In this document: one piece after another, positions 1 through 11,918 of the stretch
How positions within the stretch are numbered: the first letter of the stretch is position 1
Layout of the letters: every line of letters starts with the position of its first letter
Assembly: GCA_964386465.1 (NCBI GenBank)
Contig: CAYLTU010000003.1
Location: 1-50,233 of the forward strand
Direction of reading: 5' to 3'
Source of the DNA: an uncultured Rhodospirillaceae bacterium
GTDB lineage: Bacteria > Pseudomonadota > Alphaproteobacteria > UBA8366 > GCA-2717185
DNA: 50,233 nucleotides
Notes under the pieces: model-generated
What the model saw: only the letters and a program-made list of their open reading frames with translations
Database searches by the model: none
What the model was told of the DNA's origin: nothing
Program-made: the position numbers and the translations under genes

Positions 1-882
1 GACGCCGACGGGGACAAGGTCACGATCAAGGTATCGGTGCCGGAAGCCCATTATATCCGCCCCGCCGGGCTCGATTTCGAAGAAAACGAAATCGGCCTCG
101 TCGCAGGGCAGGTCATGACGGCGCGCGACGTGGGCTTGGCCGCGGCGATGAACGTCCCCTGGCTGATGGTGCACCGCAAGCCGCGGATCGCCGTCCTGGC
201 GACCGGCGACGAGATCGCCATGCCCGGCGATCCGCTCGGCCCGAACCAGATCGTCAGTTCGAACAGTCTGGCGCTGGCATCCTTCATCAAGGCGCGCGGC
301 GGAGAGCCGGTGTTGCTGGGGATCGCGCCCGACGACCGAGAAACGCTGAAGGCGATGGCCGAAGGCGCACGCGGCGCGGACCTGCTGGTAACGACGGGGG
401 GCGCTTCGGTCGGCGACCACGATCTGGTGCAAAGCGTGCTCGGCGAACTGGGTTTCGAACTCGATTTCTGGCGCATCGCGATGCGCCCCGGGAAACCCCT
501 GATTTTCGGCAATATCGGCGATACACCGGTGCTCGGGCTGCCCGGCAATCCGGTCTCCACCGTCGTATGCGCGATCATCTTCATGCTGCCGGCGATCGAA
601 ACGATGCTTGGCGTCACGGCGGCACGGCGGCCGCGACTGACCGCCCGGCTGAAAACACCGTTGGGGGAGAACGACCGGCGCGAAGAATATCTGCGCGCGA
701 CCCTCGAACATGACGAAAACGGCAACCTGCTCGCCGTTCCATTCAGCAAGCAGGACAGCTCCATGCTGTCGCGCATGGCGAAGGCGGACTGCCTGGTCGT
801 CCGCCCCCCGCACGCCCCCGCCGCGGCGGCCGGCGACGTCGTCGATTTCCTGCCCATCCCCGGCGGCATGGCGCGCGTCTGA
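1..882 (+). CDS. moeA: Molybdopterin molybdenumtransferase MoeA (5' end outside window)
   Basis: Frame open from base 1; motifs ATGDE, TTGGASVGDHD, MRPGKP, GLPGNPVS, QDSS typical of MoeA/gephyrin E domain. Confidence 0.93.
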   Translation, partial: DADGDKVTIKVSVPEAHYIRPAGLDFEENEIGLVAGQVMTARDVGLAAAMNVPWLMVHRKPRIAVLATGDEIAMPGDPLGPNQIVSSNSLALASFIKARGGEPVLLGIAPDDRETLKAMAEGARGADLLVTTGGASVGDHDLVQSVLGELGFELDFWRIAMRPGKPLIFGNIGDTPVLGLPGNPVSTVVCAIIFMLPAIETMLGVTAARRPRLTARLKTPLGENDRREEYLRATLEHDENGNLLAVPFSKQDSSMLSRMAKADCLVVRPPHAPAAAAGDVVDFLPIPGGMARV

Positions 883-916
883 CGAGAATTGACAGATACC
901 GCTTGACCGAAAAAGC

Positions 917-955
917 GAACTAAACTAGAACATGTGTCGTGTTTTGGTTTTGTTC
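917..955 (+). promoter_or_regulatory. Alphaproteobacterial LexA (SOS) boxes upstream of lexA
   Basis: GAAC-TAAACTA-GAAC at 917-931 is an exact GAAC-N7-GAAC; GTTT-TGGTTTT-GTTC at 941-955 has one mismatch to GTTC-N7-GTTC; candidate -35 TTGACC at 903-908. Confidence 0.8.
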
Positions 956-1041
956 TATATCTTGTGTCCGAATATCGTGACAAATGGGGTCGCCGAAAGG
1001 GTGCGAGATACACAAAGCGGTAGCCTGGGGGAGAGTCGTTT

Positions 1042-1746
1042 ATGCTGACCCGTAAACAGTACGAGTTGTTGATGTATATCCAGGAACGCTTGGCCGTATC
1101 GGGCGTGTCTCCTTCCTTCGAGGAAATGAAGGAGGCTTTGGGCCTGAAGTCCAAATCCGGCATCCATCGGCTTATCACGGGTCTTGAAGAACGCGGCTTC
1201 ATTCGCCGCTTGCCGCACCGCGCGAGGGCGCTTGAAATCGTACGGCTGCCCGAGAACGCGGAATCCGCGGGGCTTGGCTCGAAAAACGGCTTCTCGCCGA
1301 AGATCATCAGCAACGATGAATTCGCCCCGCCCCCGGCAACCGCCGACTTCAGCGAAGGCGGCGAATCCGTACCCCTGCCCCTTTACGGCAAGATTGCCGC
1401 TGGAACACCGATCGAGGCGCTGAGGGATCAAACCAACGCGGTCGACATTCCTGCCAACATGCTTGGCGGCGGCGATCACTACGCGCTGGAAGTCGAAGGC
1501 GATTCCATGGTCGATGCCGGCATTCTGGAAGGCGATACGGTCGTCATCCAGCGCTGCGACAACGCCGAAACGGGCGCCATCGTGGTCGCGCTGATCGACG
1601 AGAACGAGGTCACATTGAAGCGGCTGCGTCAGCGCGGCAATGCCATCGCGCTTGAACCCGCGAACACGTCCTATGAGACCCGGATATTCGGACCCGACCG
1701 GGTCAAGGTGCAAGGTAGGCTGATCGGACTCCTGCGTCGCTATTAG
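1042..1746 (+). CDS. lexA: SOS transcriptional repressor LexA
   Basis: [25 protein letters not shown] winged helix; IAAG-P cleavage site; GDSM catalytic Ser; TLKR catalytic Lys. Confidence 0.97.
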   Translation: MLTRKQYELLMYIQERLAVSGVSPSFEEMKEALGLKSKSGIHRLITGLEERGFIRRLPHRARALEIVRLPENAESAGLGSKNGFSPKIISNDEFAPPPATADFSEGGESVPLPLYGKIAAGTPIEALRDQTNAVDIPANMLGGGDHYALEVEGDSMVDAGILEGDTVVIQRCDNAETGAIVVALIDENEVTLKRLRQRGNAIALEPANTSYETRIFGPDRVKVQGRLIGLLRRY

Positions 1747-3811
1747 GACGCGGTCGATTAGGACGCGGTCGGCGTTTCGTCGACCACGGACGGTTACCTT
1801 GCACGTCGGCGACGGTGACAATCCGCGGCCCATCGAGCCAAACGGCGTGCCCGCCGTATCGCCACAGATCGAAGCGATCGATCACCAGATGCGCCGACGG
1901 GCAATTCCAGCGCACCGGTACCGAACTGATCACGACACTCGCACGTCGGCAATCCTCGGCGAGTGAACGCGGGTCCCGTACGAGCGAGACAGTTCGGCCT
2001 TTCGCGCGAAAAATACAGGCCAAACTATCGCATGTAACAACCTTTTCGTCCGCTTGCCACGACCGTACCTCACGCTGCCCGGCGCGGCTAAGCCAGGTTT
2101 TCGCGATCCGCTTCTCGCGCCTGGTCGTCGACAGGACGAGGTCGCCGTTCGTCGTACGCACACCCATCAATCGACCGTCCGACGATATCAGGATATCGGG
2201 CGGCGACTGTAACGAGACGGAAATCAGGCCGGCGGCGAGACCGCACAAACCGGCATAGCGCCAGCGCTCCCGCCAGAGGCAAAGCCACAACCCGCCAATC
2301 GCCGCCGCCGACAGGCCGAAGACTGGCATGGCCGGTGTCAGGCTGACCGCGCCGGGCCATCCTGCCACCTGTTTGGCGATACCGGTGACCAGTTCGATTC
2401 CCCAAGCCATCGGGGTCAGCGCGACCGCTTCCAGTCCGAAAGGCATCAACGCCATCGCGATCACCGCCCACGGCATTATCCAGAAGGCCGTTATCGGCAC
2501 AGCGAGCAGGTTGGCCGCCAGACTGAAATGCGCGATGCGGCCGAAGTGATACAAGGCGAATATGCCCGTCGCGAACCCGGCGACGAGCGTCGTCAGAGAA
2601 ACTCCCGCGAGATAGAGGGTGAATTTCCGAAGCCATCCGCCACCGGCCCAACCACTAAACTTTCCTTGCGCTTTCTCGTAGACCGCCACCAAAGCCACGA
2701 CCGCCGCGAAGGACATCTGAAAGCTTGCACCAAGCAGGCTCTCGGGCGTTAACAGCAGGATCGCCGCGGCGGCCCAGGCGACCAGGCGGAGCGATATCGC
2801 CGTTCGGTCGAGCAGCACGGCGGCGAGAACCAGCGCCGCCATCAGGAAAGCCCGCTGTGTTGGAATCGTCGCACCCGTCAGCAACAGATAACCAAACCCG
2901 CCGAGCAGGGCGGCCGCTGCGGCCCATTTCTTTATCGGGTGCCGCAATGCCAGTCGCTCGCTAATCGCCAGCAGGGCGCGCAGACCGAAAAAAAGCGTCG
3001 CCGCAACGAGCCCCATATGCAGGCCCGATATCGCCAGGAGATGCGCCAATCCCGAGTCCCGCATCGCGGCGATGGTTTCCCGAGGGATCGCGCTTCGATC
3101 GCCGGTGATCAGGGCTGCCGCGACGGCACCGCTCGTACCGGGTATCGCAGCCCTTACGCGCTCGGCGACATTTTGCCGGACAGTCGCTATCCAGATTGAC
3201 AAAGTTCCACCGCTTGCCTCCCTTCCCGATGCTATCTTGCGGGTTGCTCCGTAGGCGTAGCCGACGGCCCCGATCCGAGCGAACCAGGCGTGGCGCTGGA
3301 AATCATAAGCGCCGGGCATCGCCGGAGAGCCGGGTGGCAGCAGTCGCGCGAAGACCATGATCCGCGAGCCAACCGCCGGCAAATCGGCGGCGCGGAGCTT
3401 GATGCGCACGAATTCCGGCGTGCGCGCCGCTGGCAAATTGCGAAGCGAGACGGTATCGAGCAGCACGCGCGGGCCGTTTGCGAACGCCTCTAGATGCCGA
3501 ACACGCCCGCTGACCGCGGCGGTGAGCGGGCGCACCAGAACGGGCGCCGAAACGGACCAGGTGCGTATCTGCGCAGCGGTAAACCCAACTGCGACGAGAC
3601 CAAGTGCCAACACCAACAGCGTGAATCCGGCGCGGGCGCGGGCCAACCAAAGCATGCAACCGGCGGCGCCCAATACGGCAAGCCCGCTCCACAGGGGTGG
3701 CTCGTCACGAAGGGTGAAATAGGCGGCAATACCACAGCCAATCAGAACCGGGCCCCAAAGCGGCCAACGCTCACGCTCGGCAAGAAAACAGCCTGCCAAC
3801 ATAGCTGCCAT
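1703..3811 (-). CDS. comEC: ComEC/Rec2 family competence protein
   Basis: [12 protein letters not shown] motif, [21 protein letters not shown], many TM segments; start uncertain (ATG 3811 or TTG 3820). Confidence 0.92.
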   Translation of the reverse strand: MAAMLAGCFLAERERWPLWGPVLIGCGIAAYFTLRDEPPLWSGLAVLGAAGCMLWLARARAGFTLLVLALGLVAVGFTAAQIRTWSVSAPVLVRPLTAAVSGRVRHLEAFANGPRVLLDTVSLRNLPAARTPEFVRIKLRAADLPAVGSRIMVFARLLPPGSPAMPGAYDFQRHAWFARIGAVGYAYGATRKIASGREASGGTLSIWIATVRQNVAERVRAAIPGTSGAVAAALITGDRSAIPRETIAAMRDSGLAHLLAISGLHMGLVAATLFFGLRALLAISERLALRHPIKKWAAAAALLGGFGYLLLTGATIPTQRAFLMAALVLAAVLLDRTAISLRLVAWAAAAILLLTPESLLGASFQMSFAAVVALVAVYEKAQGKFSGWAGGGWLRKFTLYLAGVSLTTLVAGFATGIFALYHFGRIAHFSLAANLLAVPITAFWIMPWAVIAMALMPFGLEAVALTPMAWGIELVTGIAKQVAGWPGAVSLTPAMPVFGLSAAAIGGLWLCLWRERWRYAGLCGLAAGLISVSLQSPPDILISSDGRLMGVRTTNGDLVLSTTRREKRIAKTWLSRAGQREVRSWQADEKVVTCDSLACIFRAKGRTVSLVRDPRSLAEDCRRASVVISSVPVRWNCPSAHLVIDRFDLWRYGGHAVWLDGPRIVTVADVQGNRPWSTKRRPRPNRPRPNSDAGVRSAYLAP
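1742..1771. repeat. 15-bp perfect tandem duplication ATTAGGACGCGGTCG x2
   Basis: Units at 1742-1756 and 1757-1771; first unit contains the lexA stop; encodes [10 protein letters not shown] in ComEC on the minus strand. Confidence 0.9.
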
Positions 3812-4009
3812 ACGGCGCAATCCGACACTGTGTCCACGGATATCTACACGTTAAAATATACGCACCTTATTGCAAGCGGCGCGACGGTCTCGCCAATCAA
3901 ATTTTTGAAAATTCGGACGCAACGACCGCAGGAATCCACGCGCTTCTCTTTCGCGGGCGCTTCGTGGTACACCGCACCCGCCCATGGCCCAAACACGAAA
4001 GGACGCCGC

Positions 4010-5422
4010 ATGGCCGTCGTCACGCGCTTTGCCCCCTCGCCGACCGGGTTCCTCCATATCGGCGGCGCGCGCACCGCGCTGTTCAATTGGCTTTACGCCA
4101 AACACCATGGCGGTGAGTTCCTGCTGCGCATCGAGGACACCGACCGCAAGCGCTCGACGCCCGAGGCAATCGACGCGATCCTGGAGGGGCTGCGCTGGCT
4201 CGAACTGGATTGGGATCGGGACACAGTCTTCCAATCGAAGCACGCCGAGCGGCATGCGGAAGCGGCGCACGAACTCTTGGCGCGGGGCCGCGCCTACCAT
4301 TGCTACTGCTCCGCCGAAGAGCTGGCGGAAATGCGCGAGGCCGCGAAACGCGAAGGCCGCTCGATGCGTTACGACGGCCGCTGGCGCGACCGCGATCCGT
4401 CCGAAGCGCCGGAAGGCGTCGCGCCCGTCGTCCGGCTCAGGGCGCCGCTCGAAGGTGAAACCGTCATCGACGACCAGGTCCAGGGGGCCGTTCGTGTCGA
4501 TAACAGCCAGCTCGACGATATGATCCTGTTGCGCAGCGACGGAACGCCGACCTACATGCTTTCCGTCGTCGTCGACGACCACGATATGGGCGTCACTCAT
4601 GTCGTTCGCGGCGACGATCACCTGACAAATGCCGCGCGGCAGACCCAATTGTTTCTCGCCCTCGGCTGGGAACCGCCAACCTTCGGCCACATTCCGCTGA
4701 TTCACGGTGCCGATGGACAGAAACTTTCCAAGCGGCACGGCGCGCTGGGCATCGACGCCTACCAGGAAATGGGCTATCTGCCGGCCGCCCTGCGCAATTA
4801 CCTGTTGCGGCTCGGTTGGAGCCACGGCGACGACGAGATCATCTCGACGGAAAAAGCGATCGAATGGTTCGACCTCGACGGTGTCGGTAAATCGCCGTCG
4901 CGGATCGATTTCGCGAAACTTGAACACGTCAATCAACAGTATTTGCGCGAGACGGACGCCGCGACGCTAATCGACCTGCTATTGCCGCGATTGACCGGAG
5001 GCACGGACGAAGCGATCAGCGAAACCGTTCGCGCAAGGCTCGAAGCCGGCATCGGTGGATTGACGGAGCGGGCCAAGAACCTGAACGAACTCGCCGATAT
5101 GGCGCGCTTTTACGCCTATGCGCCCGCCTATCCCTTGGAGAACGCGAAAGCGGCAAAAATCCTGGATGGTGACGGTCTCAACTACCTTACAGCATTCTTG
5201 GACGCTTTGGGTGCGGTCGACAACTGGACACAAGAGTCGCTGGAACAGGCAGCGCGCGATTTCGTCGCGGCCCGGGACATCGGCCTGGGGAAGATCGCAC
5301 AGCCCTTGCGTGCCGCCTTGACCGGTTCGAACGCGTCTCCCGGCATCTTCGAAGTCCTCCAAATTCTCGGCAGGGAGGAAGTGTTGGCGCGCCTGTCGGC
5401 GGTCCCGGGTATCGCCGAATAA
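4010..5422 (+). CDS. gltX: Glutamate--tRNA ligase
   Basis: [15 protein letters not shown] (HIGH), [17 protein letters not shown] (KMSKS); start set at ATG 4010 behind AAAGGA. Confidence 0.96.
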   Translation: MAVVTRFAPSPTGFLHIGGARTALFNWLYAKHHGGEFLLRIEDTDRKRSTPEAIDAILEGLRWLELDWDRDTVFQSKHAERHAEAAHELLARGRAYHCYCSAEELAEMREAAKREGRSMRYDGRWRDRDPSEAPEGVAPVVRLRAPLEGETVIDDQVQGAVRVDNSQLDDMILLRSDGTPTYMLSVVVDDHDMGVTHVVRGDDHLTNAARQTQLFLALGWEPPTFGHIPLIHGADGQKLSKRHGALGIDAYQEMGYLPAALRNYLLRLGWSHGDDEIISTEKAIEWFDLDGVGKSPSRIDFAKLEHVNQQYLRETDAATLIDLLLPRLTGGTDEAISETVRARLEAGIGGLTERAKNLNELADMARFYAYAPAYPLENAKAAKILDGDGLNYLTAFLDALGAVDNWTQESLEQAARDFVAARDIGLGKIAQPLRAALTGSNASPGIFEVLQILGREEVLARLSAVPGIAE

Positions 5423-5574
5423 GTCAGGGCAAATTTGCTCAAGGCCACGTTTGGCTCTATATTTAGTGCGAGCGCGGAATATAGCTGACGCCAAGTTTCT
5501 AAGGGGTGGCGCAGATACAAAAATGATGCCGTGGCTACCTTGTAAGGTATTGATAAATAAAAGAAAGGGCTGCA

Positions 5575-6891
5575 ATGAGTCAGGAAACGAAAGGCTCCGG
5601 AAACGAGTATGTAACGCTACAGGATCACAGCACAGGGAAAAATTACGACCTGCCGCTTATGCCGGGTTCGGTCGGACCGAAAGTCATCGACGTTCGACCG
5701 CTCTACGCCCAGACGGGCCATTTCACCTACGATCCGGGCTACACGTCTACAGGGTCGTGCGAATCGAAAATCACCTATATCGACGGCGAAGAAGGCGTCC
5801 TGCTGCATCGCGGCTATCCGATCGAGGAGTTGGCCGAGCAGAGCAGTTTTCTGGAGCTCTGCTTCATACTCCTGAATGGCGAGCTACCATCCAAGGCCGA
5901 GCGAGAGGAATTCGAGACCGTCATTACGAACCACACGATGGTTCATGAGCAGCTTCTCACGCTTTATCGCGGCTTCCGACGCGATGCCCATCCGATGGCG
6001 ATCATGTGCGGTGTCGTCGGCGCCCTGTCGGCCTTCTACCACGACTCGACCGATATCAACGATCCGCACCAGCGGATGATCGCGTCGCACCGGCTGATCG
6101 CCAAGGTGCCGACGATTGCCGCCATGGCTTACAAATATTCTATCGGTCAGCCCTTCGTGTATCCGCGCAACGATTTGAGCTATTCGGAAAACTTCCTGCA
6201 CATGATGTTCTCGGTACCCGCCGAGGATTACAAGATGAGTCCGACAGTCGCGCGCGCGATGGACCGGATATTCATCCTGCACGCGGATCATGAGCAGAAC
6301 GCATCGACCTCGACGGTCCGCATGGCGGGCTCGTCCGGCGCCAACCCGTTCGCCTGCATCGCGGCGGGCATCGCCTCGCTTTGGGGCCCGGCGCATGGCG
6401 GCGCGAACGAAGCGGTCCTCGAAACGTTGAGCGAGATCGGTTCCGTCGACCGGGTCGGCGAAATGATCGCCCGGGCCAAGGACAAGGACGATCCGTTCCG
6501 CTTGATGGGCTTCGGACATCGGGTCTACAAGAACCACGACCCGCGCGCGCGCGTGCTGATGAAGAGTGCGCACGAAGTTCTGGGCGAACTTGGCATCGAG
6601 AACGATCCGTTGCTCGAAATCGCCATGGAGCTGGAAAAGGTCGCGCTCGAGGACGAGTATTTCATCCAGCGCAAGCTGTTCCCGAACGTCGATTTCTACT
6701 CCGGCATCATCCTGAAAGCCCTCGGCTTCCCGACCTCGATGTTCACCGTGCTGTTCGCGGTTGCGCGGACCGTCGGCTGGATCGCACAGTGGAAAGAAAT
6801 GATCGAGGACCCGTCGCAGAAGATCGGCAGGCCGCGTCAGCTCTACACGGGCTATACCAGCAGGACCTACGTCCCGGTGGAGCAACGGTAA
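5575..6891 (+). CDS. gltA: Citrate synthase (type II, Gram-negative)
   Basis: [39 protein letters not shown]. Confidence 0.97.
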   Translation: MSQETKGSGNEYVTLQDHSTGKNYDLPLMPGSVGPKVIDVRPLYAQTGHFTYDPGYTSTGSCESKITYIDGEEGVLLHRGYPIEELAEQSSFLELCFILLNGELPSKAEREEFETVITNHTMVHEQLLTLYRGFRRDAHPMAIMCGVVGALSAFYHDSTDINDPHQRMIASHRLIAKVPTIAAMAYKYSIGQPFVYPRNDLSYSENFLHMMFSVPAEDYKMSPTVARAMDRIFILHADHEQNASTSTVRMAGSSGANPFACIAAGIASLWGPAHGGANEAVLETLSEIGSVDRVGEMIARAKDKDDPFRLMGFGHRVYKNHDPRARVLMKSAHEVLGELGIENDPLLEIAMELEKVALEDEYFIQRKLFPNVDFYSGIILKALGFPTSMFTVLFAVARTVGWIAQWKEMIEDPSQKIGRPRQLYTGYTSRTYVPVEQR

Positions 6892-6899
6892 AGTTAGCG

Positions 6900-6928
6900 A
6901 AAACGGCGCCTCGGCGCCGTTTTTTTTC
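6900..6928 (+). terminator. Rho-independent terminator, probably bidirectional, between convergent gltA and lpxB
   Basis: AAAACGGCGC-CTCG-GCGCCGTTTT hairpin followed by a T run, with an A run on the 5' side. Confidence 0.85.
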
Positions 6929-6942
6929 TGCCGTGCCGAACC

Positions 6943-8109
6943 CTAATCCGTACCGGCGCCAGCCCGAAGGATATCCAGGACGGCGGCGGCGGCCCGCTCG
7001 CTGGGTGGCGGCCCGTCCAATCCCAGGGCTTCCAGCGCCGGCCCCATTTCCGCGACCTGCGCCGCGCCGGCACCTTCAAGCAACTCGACTATCCTCTTGA
7101 AGAGGATATTCGGCTCGCATCTGGTTTGGATACATTCAGGTACGGTTTCTTTGTTCAACGTCAAATTGATGAGGTTCGCGTACGGTATTCTCACCAGAAG
7201 CGAGGCCAGCCAATAGGTCACCGTCGTAACCTTGTAGGCGACGATATACGGTACGCGCGCCATCGAAAGTTCCAATGTCACCGTACCCGAAGCCGCCAGG
7301 CCGACATCGCAAGCCGCCATCGCGGAGTACTTTTCACCTATTTCGTCGATAACGACGGCGCGCATTGTCAAAGCGCCGAATTTCTCCTTCACCGCGGCGG
7401 CCACGTTCGGCACCGTCGGGATTACCGCGGTCAAATCAGGATAACGCGCATGGAGCCTGTCGAGCGTTTTGAGGAACGGCACCGCGAGCCTCGCAACCTC
7501 ACCATGACGGCTTCCCGGCAGGACGCAAATCACCGGCGCGCCGGGATTGATGCCGTATTTCTCGCGAAAGCCCGCGCCATCGGCCTGCGAGACTTCACTC
7601 TCGACAACGGGATGCCCGACGAACCGGCAGTCCACGCCGTATCGCGCGAACCAATCGGGCTCGAATGGCAACAGCGCCAGAATGTGATGAAAGTGACGAC
7701 GGAATTTATAAACTCGCCAGGGTCGCCAGGCCCAAAGCTGCGGCGCGACATAATGAATTCGCCGGATGTTCGCATCCCTAATTCGTTTCGCCACGCCATG
7801 GGCAAAAGCAGGGGCGTCGATCGTGACGACCGCGTCGGGCTTCGCAACATCAATCGCCGCGGCGGTCTCTTTCATGCGGGCGAATAGATTCCGGGCATGG
7901 GGCAGGATTTCGACAATTCCCATAACGGAGAGCTCGGCCATGGGGAACAGGCTTTTCAGCCCTCGCGCCTGCATCTCGGGCCCGCCGACGCCGATGAACC
8001 GAATGTTGTCGCCGGTCAACCGTTGCAGAGCGGCCATTAGCCGTCCTCCAAGCACGTCTCCAGACGGCTCACCGGCCACTACAAATATCAAAAGCTGGTC
8101 GCGGCTCAC
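6943..8109 (-). CDS. lpxB: Lipid-A-disaccharide synthase
   Basis: AGEPSGD, HYVAPQLWAWR, LLPFE, FVGHP, LPGSR, AASGTVTLE. Confidence 0.96.
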   Translation of the reverse strand: MSRDQLLIFVVAGEPSGDVLGGRLMAALQRLTGDNIRFIGVGGPEMQARGLKSLFPMAELSVMGIVEILPHARNLFARMKETAAAIDVAKPDAVVTIDAPAFAHGVAKRIRDANIRRIHYVAPQLWAWRPWRVYKFRRHFHHILALLPFEPDWFARYGVDCRFVGHPVVESEVSQADGAGFREKYGINPGAPVICVLPGSRHGEVARLAVPFLKTLDRLHARYPDLTAVIPTVPNVAAAVKEKFGALTMRAVVIDEIGEKYSAMAACDVGLAASGTVTLELSMARVPYIVAYKVTTVTYWLASLLVRIPYANLINLTLNKETVPECIQTRCEPNILFKRIVELLEGAGAAQVAEMGPALEALGLDGPPPSERAAAAVLDILRAGAGTD

Positions 8110-8927
8110 GGTTCGGACAGACCGACAATGAACAGGCCGGCCGCATCCGCCTCATCGATGGTCCTGTCGCGCGAGATGACAAGCGTGCGTTCAGCCTCAA
8201 TGGCGATACCGCGCAATCCGGCTTCACGTGCCTGACGCACGGTATCGACCCCGATTGTCGGCAAGTCGGCCCGTTTTTCCTGACCGGGCTTGCTAAGCTT
8301 TACCAGAACGCCTCCGGGACCCTCGCGACGCAGCGTTGCGCAACGCCGCAACAAGGATTCGGTACCTTCGACAGCCTCGACGCCGAGCACGATCCCATCC
8401 TGAATGACCGCCGCCTGCCCCACATCAACGGCGCCGAGCGCGCGTGCGACTTCGACGCCCCGTTCGATGTCGCGCTCCGCCGCCGCATCGGGCGCATGCT
8501 TGCCCAAGGTCCCGCGAGGCGCCGTGATACCGCCCAGGATATCGTCGACACCGACGACACGGAACCCTTCCTCTTCCTCCAACATGCGAATAACGCTGCG
8601 GAGCAGGCTGTCATCGCCCATTGCCTTGCCGCCGGCGCGTGCGAACAATTTCAGGCCCCTCGCGTCCGGCCGCAGGTCCGCCAACGACGGACGACGAATT
8701 GGACCGGCCAAGACCAGGTCCTCTACCCCGGCGTCGTGGAGGCGCCGTAGGCCTTTTCCGGCGGCACCCAGCCGCACCCAAGCATGCTCGACACCTTGCG
8801 TCGTCTCCGTATCCGTAAATCCTTCGAACGCGAGAACGAAGACGGGCCTTTGCCGCTCACGGCATGCGGCGACAAGCATCTGCGGCAACTCGCCGCCACC
8901 GGCCAATATTCCGAGTTTTCGAGTCAC
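8106..8927 (-). CDS. lpxI: UDP-2,3-diacylglucosamine diphosphatase LpxI
   Basis: LGILAGGGELP, GDDSLL, DVGQA, VEAVEGT, DLPTIG; lies between lpxA and lpxB. Confidence 0.92.
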   Translation of the reverse strand: MTRKLGILAGGGELPQMLVAACRERQRPVFVLAFEGFTDTETTQGVEHAWVRLGAAGKGLRRLHDAGVEDLVLAGPIRRPSLADLRPDARGLKLFARAGGKAMGDDSLLRSVIRMLEEEEGFRVVGVDDILGGITAPRGTLGKHAPDAAAERDIERGVEVARALGAVDVGQAAVIQDGIVLGVEAVEGTESLLRRCATLRREGPGGVLVKLSKPGQEKRADLPTIGVDTVRQAREAGLRGIAIEAERTLVISRDRTIDEADAAGLFIVGLSEP

Positions 8928-8931
8928 ATCT

Positions 8932-9717
8932 CTATCGGGGTTGCGTCAATCCACGCGTGGCATCCACGCGCATGAAGTCGACGATCTCCCGTATATCGGC
9001 GTTGTCCTCGAACATCGTGGCGACGTCGTGGATCCTCTCCTGCAGCGTCCCCTCTTCCGCGAACAACATGCGGTATGCGGTACGCAAATTATGGATTTCA
9101 TCTTTCGCGAAGTTGCGACGTTTCAAGCCGATTACGTTCAAACCGCTGAGGCGCGCCCTGTCGCCCATCACGGAGCCGTAGGGGATCACGTCGTTCTCGA
9201 CGCCCGACATGCCGCCAACGATGGCGTGCCGGCCAATCCGTACAAATTGGTGGACGGCCGAAAGCCCTCCCAGGATTGCGTAGTCGCCTACGACGACATG
9301 TCCGGCAAGCGTAGCGTTGTTTGCCATGATGACGTGGTCGCCCACGAGGCAATCATGCGCAACATGCGCACCCACCATGAACAGGCAATCGTTGCCGACC
9401 CGCGTAATCATTCCGCCTTCGGCCGTACCGGGATTCATCGTGACGTGTTCCCGGATCCTATTGCGTTCGCCGATGATCAGCTCGGACGATTCCCCCGCGT
9501 ATTTCAGGTCTTGCGGCGGCAGTCCGATCGACGCGAAGGGGTAGATTTCCGTCTCCGCCCCGATCTTGGTCGAGCCGCCAACGACGACATGCGAATGCAA
9601 CCGGACCTCGTCGTTCAAGGTCACGCCGGCCTTGACCACGCAATACGGTCCGATGACAACACCGTCGCCAACTTCGGCCTTAGGATCGACGATCGCCGTC
9701 GGGTGGATATCGGTCAT
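8932..9717 (-). CDS. lpxA: UDP-N-acetylglucosamine O-acyltransferase
   Basis: IHPTAIV start, hexapeptide repeats, PQDLKY, HVAHDC, LAGHV, VHQF. Confidence 0.96.
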   Translation of the reverse strand: MTDIHPTAIVDPKAEVGDGVVIGPYCVVKAGVTLNDEVRLHSHVVVGGSTKIGAETEIYPFASIGLPPQDLKYAGESSELIIGERNRIREHVTMNPGTAEGGMITRVGNDCLFMVGAHVAHDCLVGDHVIMANNATLAGHVVVGDYAILGGLSAVHQFVRIGRHAIVGGMSGVENDVIPYGSVMGDRARLSGLNVIGLKRRNFAKDEIHNLRTAYRMLFAEEGTLQERIHDVATMFEDNADIREIVDFMRVDATRGLTQPR

Positions 9718-10179
9718 TCAGTTATCCATGATCATGGCCGCAAAGGTCGCTTCCGCGCACAAGGCGTCATTGACCTTCGCTTCGCCGGTAAAACGCCAGA
9801 CATTGCCGCGCATGCGCTCTTTGGTGACATGAACATGCAGCACGTCGCCCGGCACGACCGGTTTGCGAAAGCGGGCCTTGTCGACAGACATGAAATAGAC
9901 CAACTTGCCTTCCGCCTCGGGACCGAGCGACTTCACCACCAATACCGCGGCCGTCTGCGCCATCGCTTCAATGATCAGAACGCCCGGCATTACCGGTTGC
10001 GACGGAAAATGCCCTTGAAAGTGCGGCTCTGCGATCGAAACATTCTTGATTCCAACCGCACTTTCGTTTTCGACAACATCCTCGACTCTGTCGATCATGA
10101 GGAAAGGATACCGGTGCGGTATCATCCGCAGGATCCCGTCGATATCGATATCCCCTACCCGTTCGGCGTGGTCGTCCAT
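9718..10179 (-). CDS. fabZ: 3-hydroxyacyl-ACP dehydratase
   Basis: [31 protein letters not shown]. Confidence 0.97.
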   Translation of the reverse strand: MDDHAERVGDIDIDGILRMIPHRYPFLMIDRVEDVVENESAVGIKNVSIAEPHFQGHFPSQPVMPGVLIIEAMAQTAAVLVVKSLGPEAEGKLVYFMSVDKARFRKPVVPGDVLHVHVTKERMRGNVWRFTGEAKVNDALCAEATFAAMIMDN

Positions 10180-10181
10180 TC

Positions 10182-11204
10182 CTACGCGCCCTTTTTCTTG
10201 GTTAGTTTCTCGAATTCGGCCATTTGCCGGAAGAATTGCCGCGCCGGCACCGCCGGGGAACCCAGCATCCGTGCACCCGGTTCCACATCCCGCATGACAC
10301 CGGACTGAGCGCCGATCTGGGCGCCCGACCCGATCCTGAGATGGCCTGCAATCCCGCTTTGAGCGGCTGCTACGGCGAAATCCTCAAGGACCGAACTGCC
10401 TGCGATCCCAGCCTGTGCGATGATGATGCAGCCCTTTCCGATCTGCACGTTGTGCCCGATTTGCACCAGATTATCAATCATCGTACCGGCACCGATAACC
10501 GTGTCCGGGCCGGCCCCGCGATCGATAGTCGAATTCGCGCCGACTTCGACATCGTCGCCGATGATAACGCGCCCCAGCTGGGGCACTTTGATGTGACCCG
10601 CTGTATCGATCGCAAAGCCGAATCCACGCTGGCCGATACGTACGCCCGGATGGAGAAGGACGCGCGCCCCGACATCACAATGGCTGAGCGACGCATTTGC
10701 ACCGATCAAGGTCGCCGCGCCAACCCTAACAGCGTTGTCGATAACGGCATTCGGGCCGACATGGCAACGCGCACCCAGTACGACATCTTCTCCTATCACC
10801 GCGCCCGCGTCGATCCGACACCCGTCGCCGACGATCGCGGATTTAGCGACGCTTGCCACGGAGGAAACACCGGCTTCGGGCGTGGGTACCGGGTAGAACA
10901 GCGCGGCAGCCCGCGCATACGCCTTATAGGGCTCTTCCGATACCAGCAACGCCATACCTTCTGGCGCCTTGTCGGTGAATTTTGGCGCAACGATACAGGC
11001 CGCCGCCGCGCTGGCTTCGAAGGCAGCGACATATTTCTGATTGTCGAGAAAACTCAGAAACCCGGACGTCGCCGTGTCCAATGGGCCAACATCGAAGAGC
11101 TCAAGCTCCGGATCGCTGCCGGAATTTACCTCGGCTTCGATCTCGCGGGCCAGGACGCCAAGTCGGAACGGCCCTTCGCGTGTGAAAAAGCGCGGATCCG
11201 CCAT
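10182..11204 (-). CDS. lpxD: UDP-3-O-acyl-glucosamine N-acyltransferase
   Basis: MADPRFF start, [27 protein letters not shown]. Confidence 0.96.
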   Translation of the reverse strand: MADPRFFTREGPFRLGVLAREIEAEVNSGSDPELELFDVGPLDTATSGFLSFLDNQKYVAAFEASAAAACIVAPKFTDKAPEGMALLVSEEPYKAYARAAALFYPVPTPEAGVSSVASVAKSAIVGDGCRIDAGAVIGEDVVLGARCHVGPNAVIDNAVRVGAATLIGANASLSHCDVGARVLLHPGVRIGQRGFGFAIDTAGHIKVPQLGRVIIGDDVEVGANSTIDRGAGPDTVIGAGTMIDNLVQIGHNVQIGKGCIIIAQAGIAGSSVLEDFAVAAAQSGIAGHLRIGSGAQIGAQSGVMRDVEPGARMLGSPAVPARQFFRQMAEFEKLTKKKGA

Positions 11205-11208
11205 GGAT

Positions 11209-11856
11209 CTACTGTACTTTCGGAACCTTTAACCGAGGCGTCTGCTGCACCGGTCTTTGCTGCAGGACAGGCTCGACGACTTCGATATCCGGCAATATCT
11301 GATTGAGGCGTTGCGTCGCCTGAGCGGTAACGACAAGCTTCGAATCCGTAAATAGAATGTTACCGCGGTTGGGACCCGCATCGACGACGATGTTCGCGCC
11401 CATCTCATGCGCCATGTCGCGCAATATCTTCGCGAGCTCCGCCTCGACCTTCAAGATGCTTTGACCCAGCATCAGATCCAGCTTCTTCTGCTCGGTTTGA
11501 ATGTCCCGTCGGTATTTTTGCACTCTGATCTGAAACTCCCGCCATCTCTGTTTGAAGATATCGGGCGCCAGCACCGCACGCTGTTGATCCAGTTGCCGTT
11601 TGTCGGCTTCCAGAACAGCGGTGTCATTGGCGATTTCCTTTTGTATCCGTGCGTGCCGTTCATTGATCTGCCGAATAATGCTCTGACCCGCCGTTGAATC
11701 CTCAACCGCGCGCTTGAAATCGATTACGGCGACAACCGGCGCCGGAAGCGCGGGCAACGTTGCAGGCTGCTGGCTGTTCGCAGACGATATCTGGAATACA
11801 AGCGAAAAGGCTAACGCCGCAGCCGCGACGATGCGTCCGATATTGATGTCAATCAT
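11209..11856 (-). CDS. skp: OmpH/Skp-like periplasmic chaperone
   Basis: Signal peptide, VAVID, long coiled-coil; between bamA and lpxD. Confidence 0.78.
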   Translation of the reverse strand: MIDINIGRIVAAAALAFSLVFQISSANSQQPATLPALPAPVVAVIDFKRAVEDSTAGQSIIRQINERHARIQKEIANDTAVLEADKRQLDQQRAVLAPDIFKQRWREFQIRVQKYRRDIQTEQKKLDLMLGQSILKVEAELAKILRDMAHEMGANIVVDAGPNRGNILFTDSKLVVTAQATQRLNQILPDIEVVEPVLQQRPVQQTPRLKVPKVQ

Positions 11857-11918
11857 ATGTGCGATTCCATTTTCCGATTTCGGCCAAAATTACGAGGCAT
11901 TACACCGTCGGTAACGTA

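Noticed and set aside
1742-1771. CRISPR-like or other repeat array
   Set aside because: Only two adjacent units with no spacers; no cas genes or arrays anywhere in the window
3494-4009. 172-aa N-terminal extension of GltX in the ORF track
   Set aside because: Overlaps comEC antisense; GluRS homology starts at [11 protein letters not shown] behind a good RBS
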